Below, piece by piece: positions 61,706-64,000 of a stretch of DNA of 64,000 nt; position 1 is the stretch's first letter; every line of letters begins with the position of its first letter. This DNA is from Vicugna vicugna. Taxonomy: Eukaryota. The notes beneath the pieces are model-generated. The model was not told the DNA's origin. It worked only from the letters and a program-made list of their open reading frames with translations, and did no database searches. The DNA is taken from the NCBI GenBank assembly GCA_013265495.1, contig MU058221.1, forward strand, positions 5,874,066 through 5,938,065, given 5' to 3'. The translations under genes were made by a program, and so were the position numbers.

Positions 61706-63420
61706 TGTAGTTCTCAAACCAGGGTCTTCATACATTTGGGGGAACATGAAGACCATCCTTAAGGATACATATAAGTTTAAGGGGTTGGTTTTCCAGATCC
61801 TCAAATCCCATTGGCCCAGAGCTGTCCAAGAACAAATGTTTTTGGGAGATCTTCGCATTAATGCTCTTTCCCCAGCCATCCCCTCGCCCTGCCTGCATGA
61901 TTGCTCTTTTCCTGCTTTAAAACAAAGCGGCAGATCTCCTACTCTTCTGTATCTTGCAAGGTTTAATGCCCTCTTAGGCAGCAATCAAAGGGCAACACCC
62001 AAATATTTTTCATTTAATATTCATTTGTTTAGGAATTGCCAAAGAATGCATTTCTCCTGAGAAGGGTCCCTGAGATGCTGGAAAAGAGGGCATCCCCTGG
62101 AGGCAGAGGACCTCGTGGCCGACTCCTGGGCCTCATCACTCTACCTGCCTCTCGAATGTAGAGCTAGAATCCAGAAGTGAGACCATTATGGGATGTACAC
62201 TAACATGTTCATTAGGATTGCAAAAGTAATCAGACTTACTTTTTTTTTTAACAGAAAATAAATCTGATTTGTTAGTTGGCTTGATCTGCCAATGAGGTTA
62301 GTTGGCAGTATTTTTATATTACACAAATCAAATGAGGTAAACCTTTAGCACCAAAGTCTTGATGAAAACAAAGTTGAAAGCCTGTGATAAGATGAAAACA
62401 TTTTGTCAGAATATTGTTTTGGTAAGTTGGTATTGAAGTTAAAAATATTTCTAGTTCCCCAGCCCTTTCTAGGTTAATCAGGGTAGGCCACAACTTTGCG
62501 GTGGGAGAGGAACAGTGCAGTTGACAGCTGCTTGATAGGCTGTGTTAAAACCTATTTCAGTGGAATCCAGAAACGGAGGAGTAATTCTAAAGACGGTGAC
62601 CCATCCACGTAGAGGTCAGTGCTCCCCGAGTCTTTGCTTACAACACAAGTGAAAGAAGACCTACTAGGTTTGGCAACTGTTATGGGTTGAATTGTGTCCC
62701 CTCTCTGTGAAAGTTCATATGCTGGAGTCCTAACCCTCAGTACCTCTAGATGTGACCTTATTTGGAGATAGAGTCTTTATTAGAGGTAATCGAGATGAAA
62801 GGAGGTCATTAGGGTGAGTCCTAATCTAATATCACTGGGGTCCTTAAAAGGGGGGAAATTTGGACACAGACACACACCCAGGGAGAAAGTCAAGGAAAAA
62901 TAAAGACAGAGATGGGGGTGATGCTTCTACAGTCCAAGAAACCCCAAAGATGGCTGGCCACCCACCAGAGGCTATGAGAGAAGCATGGAGCAGGTCGTCC
63001 TCACTGCCCTCTGAAGGAACTAACTCAGCCAATACCTCGATCCTGAATTTCTAGCTTCCAAAACTGTGAGAGAACATATTTCTGTTGTTTAAGCTACCTA
63101 GTTCATGGTACTTTGTTAAAGCAGCCCTTGCAAACTAACATAGCAACTGATAGATTCTTAAAATTACCTTCTGATGGTAGATCACTATTGTGAATTTTTT
63201 TTTTTGACCAAAGAAATTTTGGAAAAAGTTAAAAGATTTGGTGATTCTGCTATAACAAAACCAACTACTGATTTAAGGGAACAAGATTCCTCAGTATGAA
63301 AAACAAAACAAAAAATTGGAAAACAATTGATGCTAAACACTGTCTCATTCTAACAATAGGTAATATTATCCTATGGGTTCGTTGACTATTTGGACCCTAT
63401 TCACCTCATTAAGAGCTAGA
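61706..63420 (+). mobile_element. Decayed hAT/Charlie-like transposon, interrupted by MLT1
   Basis: tagttctcaaacc TIR-like start; transposase-like decay at 62270-62430 (ttagttggcagtattttt...aaatgaggtaaaccttt); extent uncertain. Confidence 0.45.
62678..63142 (+). mobile_element. Full-length MLT1-family (MaLR) solo LTR
   Basis: tgttatgggttgaattgtgtccc...gcagcccttgcaaactaacata; perfect 5-bp TSD gcaac at 62673-62677 and 63143-63147. Confidence 0.88.
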
Positions 63421-63434
63421 TTTCCCCTCAAACT

Positions 63435-63580
63435 TACTTTTTTGATAGAACTTCTTATTTTGAGATGATTGTAGATTGACGTTGTTGTTATAAGAAATAA
63501 TACAGACAGATCCCATATATCCTTCACCCAGCTTCCCCCAATGGTAACATTTTGCATAACTACAGAACATTATCACCAAA
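63435..63580 (-). mobile_element. Old L1 (L1MC-like) 3' end
   Basis: ttattttgagatgattgtagatt...aagaaataatacagacagatccc...ccttcacccagcttcccccaatggtaacat. Confidence 0.65.
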
Positions 63581-64000
63581 GGTTACTTTTTATGTTTAAT
63601 AATTAATTTTCAATCATTTTGATTTTTATAATTTCAGATTAATTTTATTTATAATTTATTATTTTTGAACAATTATGTACTACTGATAATGTAAGGATGA
63701 TGGCATAATCTAAATAAAATTTTAATACTTAGAAATTTACAGCTATAGGAAATTAAAATTTCAATTTGTATGCTTTTTTGGCAGAGAAGTATGATGAACA
63801 AAAGGTCTTCAAGCATAAGAACATATTATATTAGAATAAATGTCTATGGAGAAAGTGGGATAGCATTCATAAGTTTGAGGAAAAAAAGGAATGCTGGAAA
63901 ATTCCAGAAGTTAAAGTAAGAGAATTTGTTCTTATATTTTTAAAATGGGTGATGGTTGAAATAAAATTGATATATCATTTGTTTATGTTCCATTAGAAAC

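Overview
Mammalian genomic DNA, probably from a camelid, judging by a recurrent tRNA-derived SINE that resembles vic-1. It contains two convergent spliced genes. RMND5A (+ strand; CTLH/GID E3 ligase RING subunit) has coding exons 2-9 between 10878 and 37945, all with GT-AG boundaries and consistent phases. Its exon 1 is not in the readable sequence, and its ~4.3 kb 3'UTR ends at three tandem AATAAA signals (~42250-42295). CD8A (- strand; T-cell co-receptor alpha chain) has six complete coding exons, 54216 to 49463, totalling 720 nt (239 aa plus stop), with a CpG island and a CRE-like promoter element. The rest is intronic or intergenic DNA with L1, L2, MIR, MLT1, ERV1-like LTR, hAT/Charlie and Tigger remnants, plus a 978-N assembly gap. 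Almost all ORFs in the supplied track are spurious. I found no convincing new gene system. The best leads are: (i) patchy AT-to-GC shifts consistent with GC-biased gene conversion, seen in one SINE copy, in old repeats and in GC3 of RMND5A exons 3 and 6; (ii) an apparent 3-nt NAGNAG-type acceptor shift at the CD8A transmembrane exon; (iii) a palindromic RUNX site pair in CD8A intron 4; (iv) an LTR-derived inverted repeat upstream of RMND5A exon 2; (v) an A-rich acceptor with a very close branch point at RMND5A exon 8. Repeat family names and comparisons to human sequences are from memory and need database confirmation.
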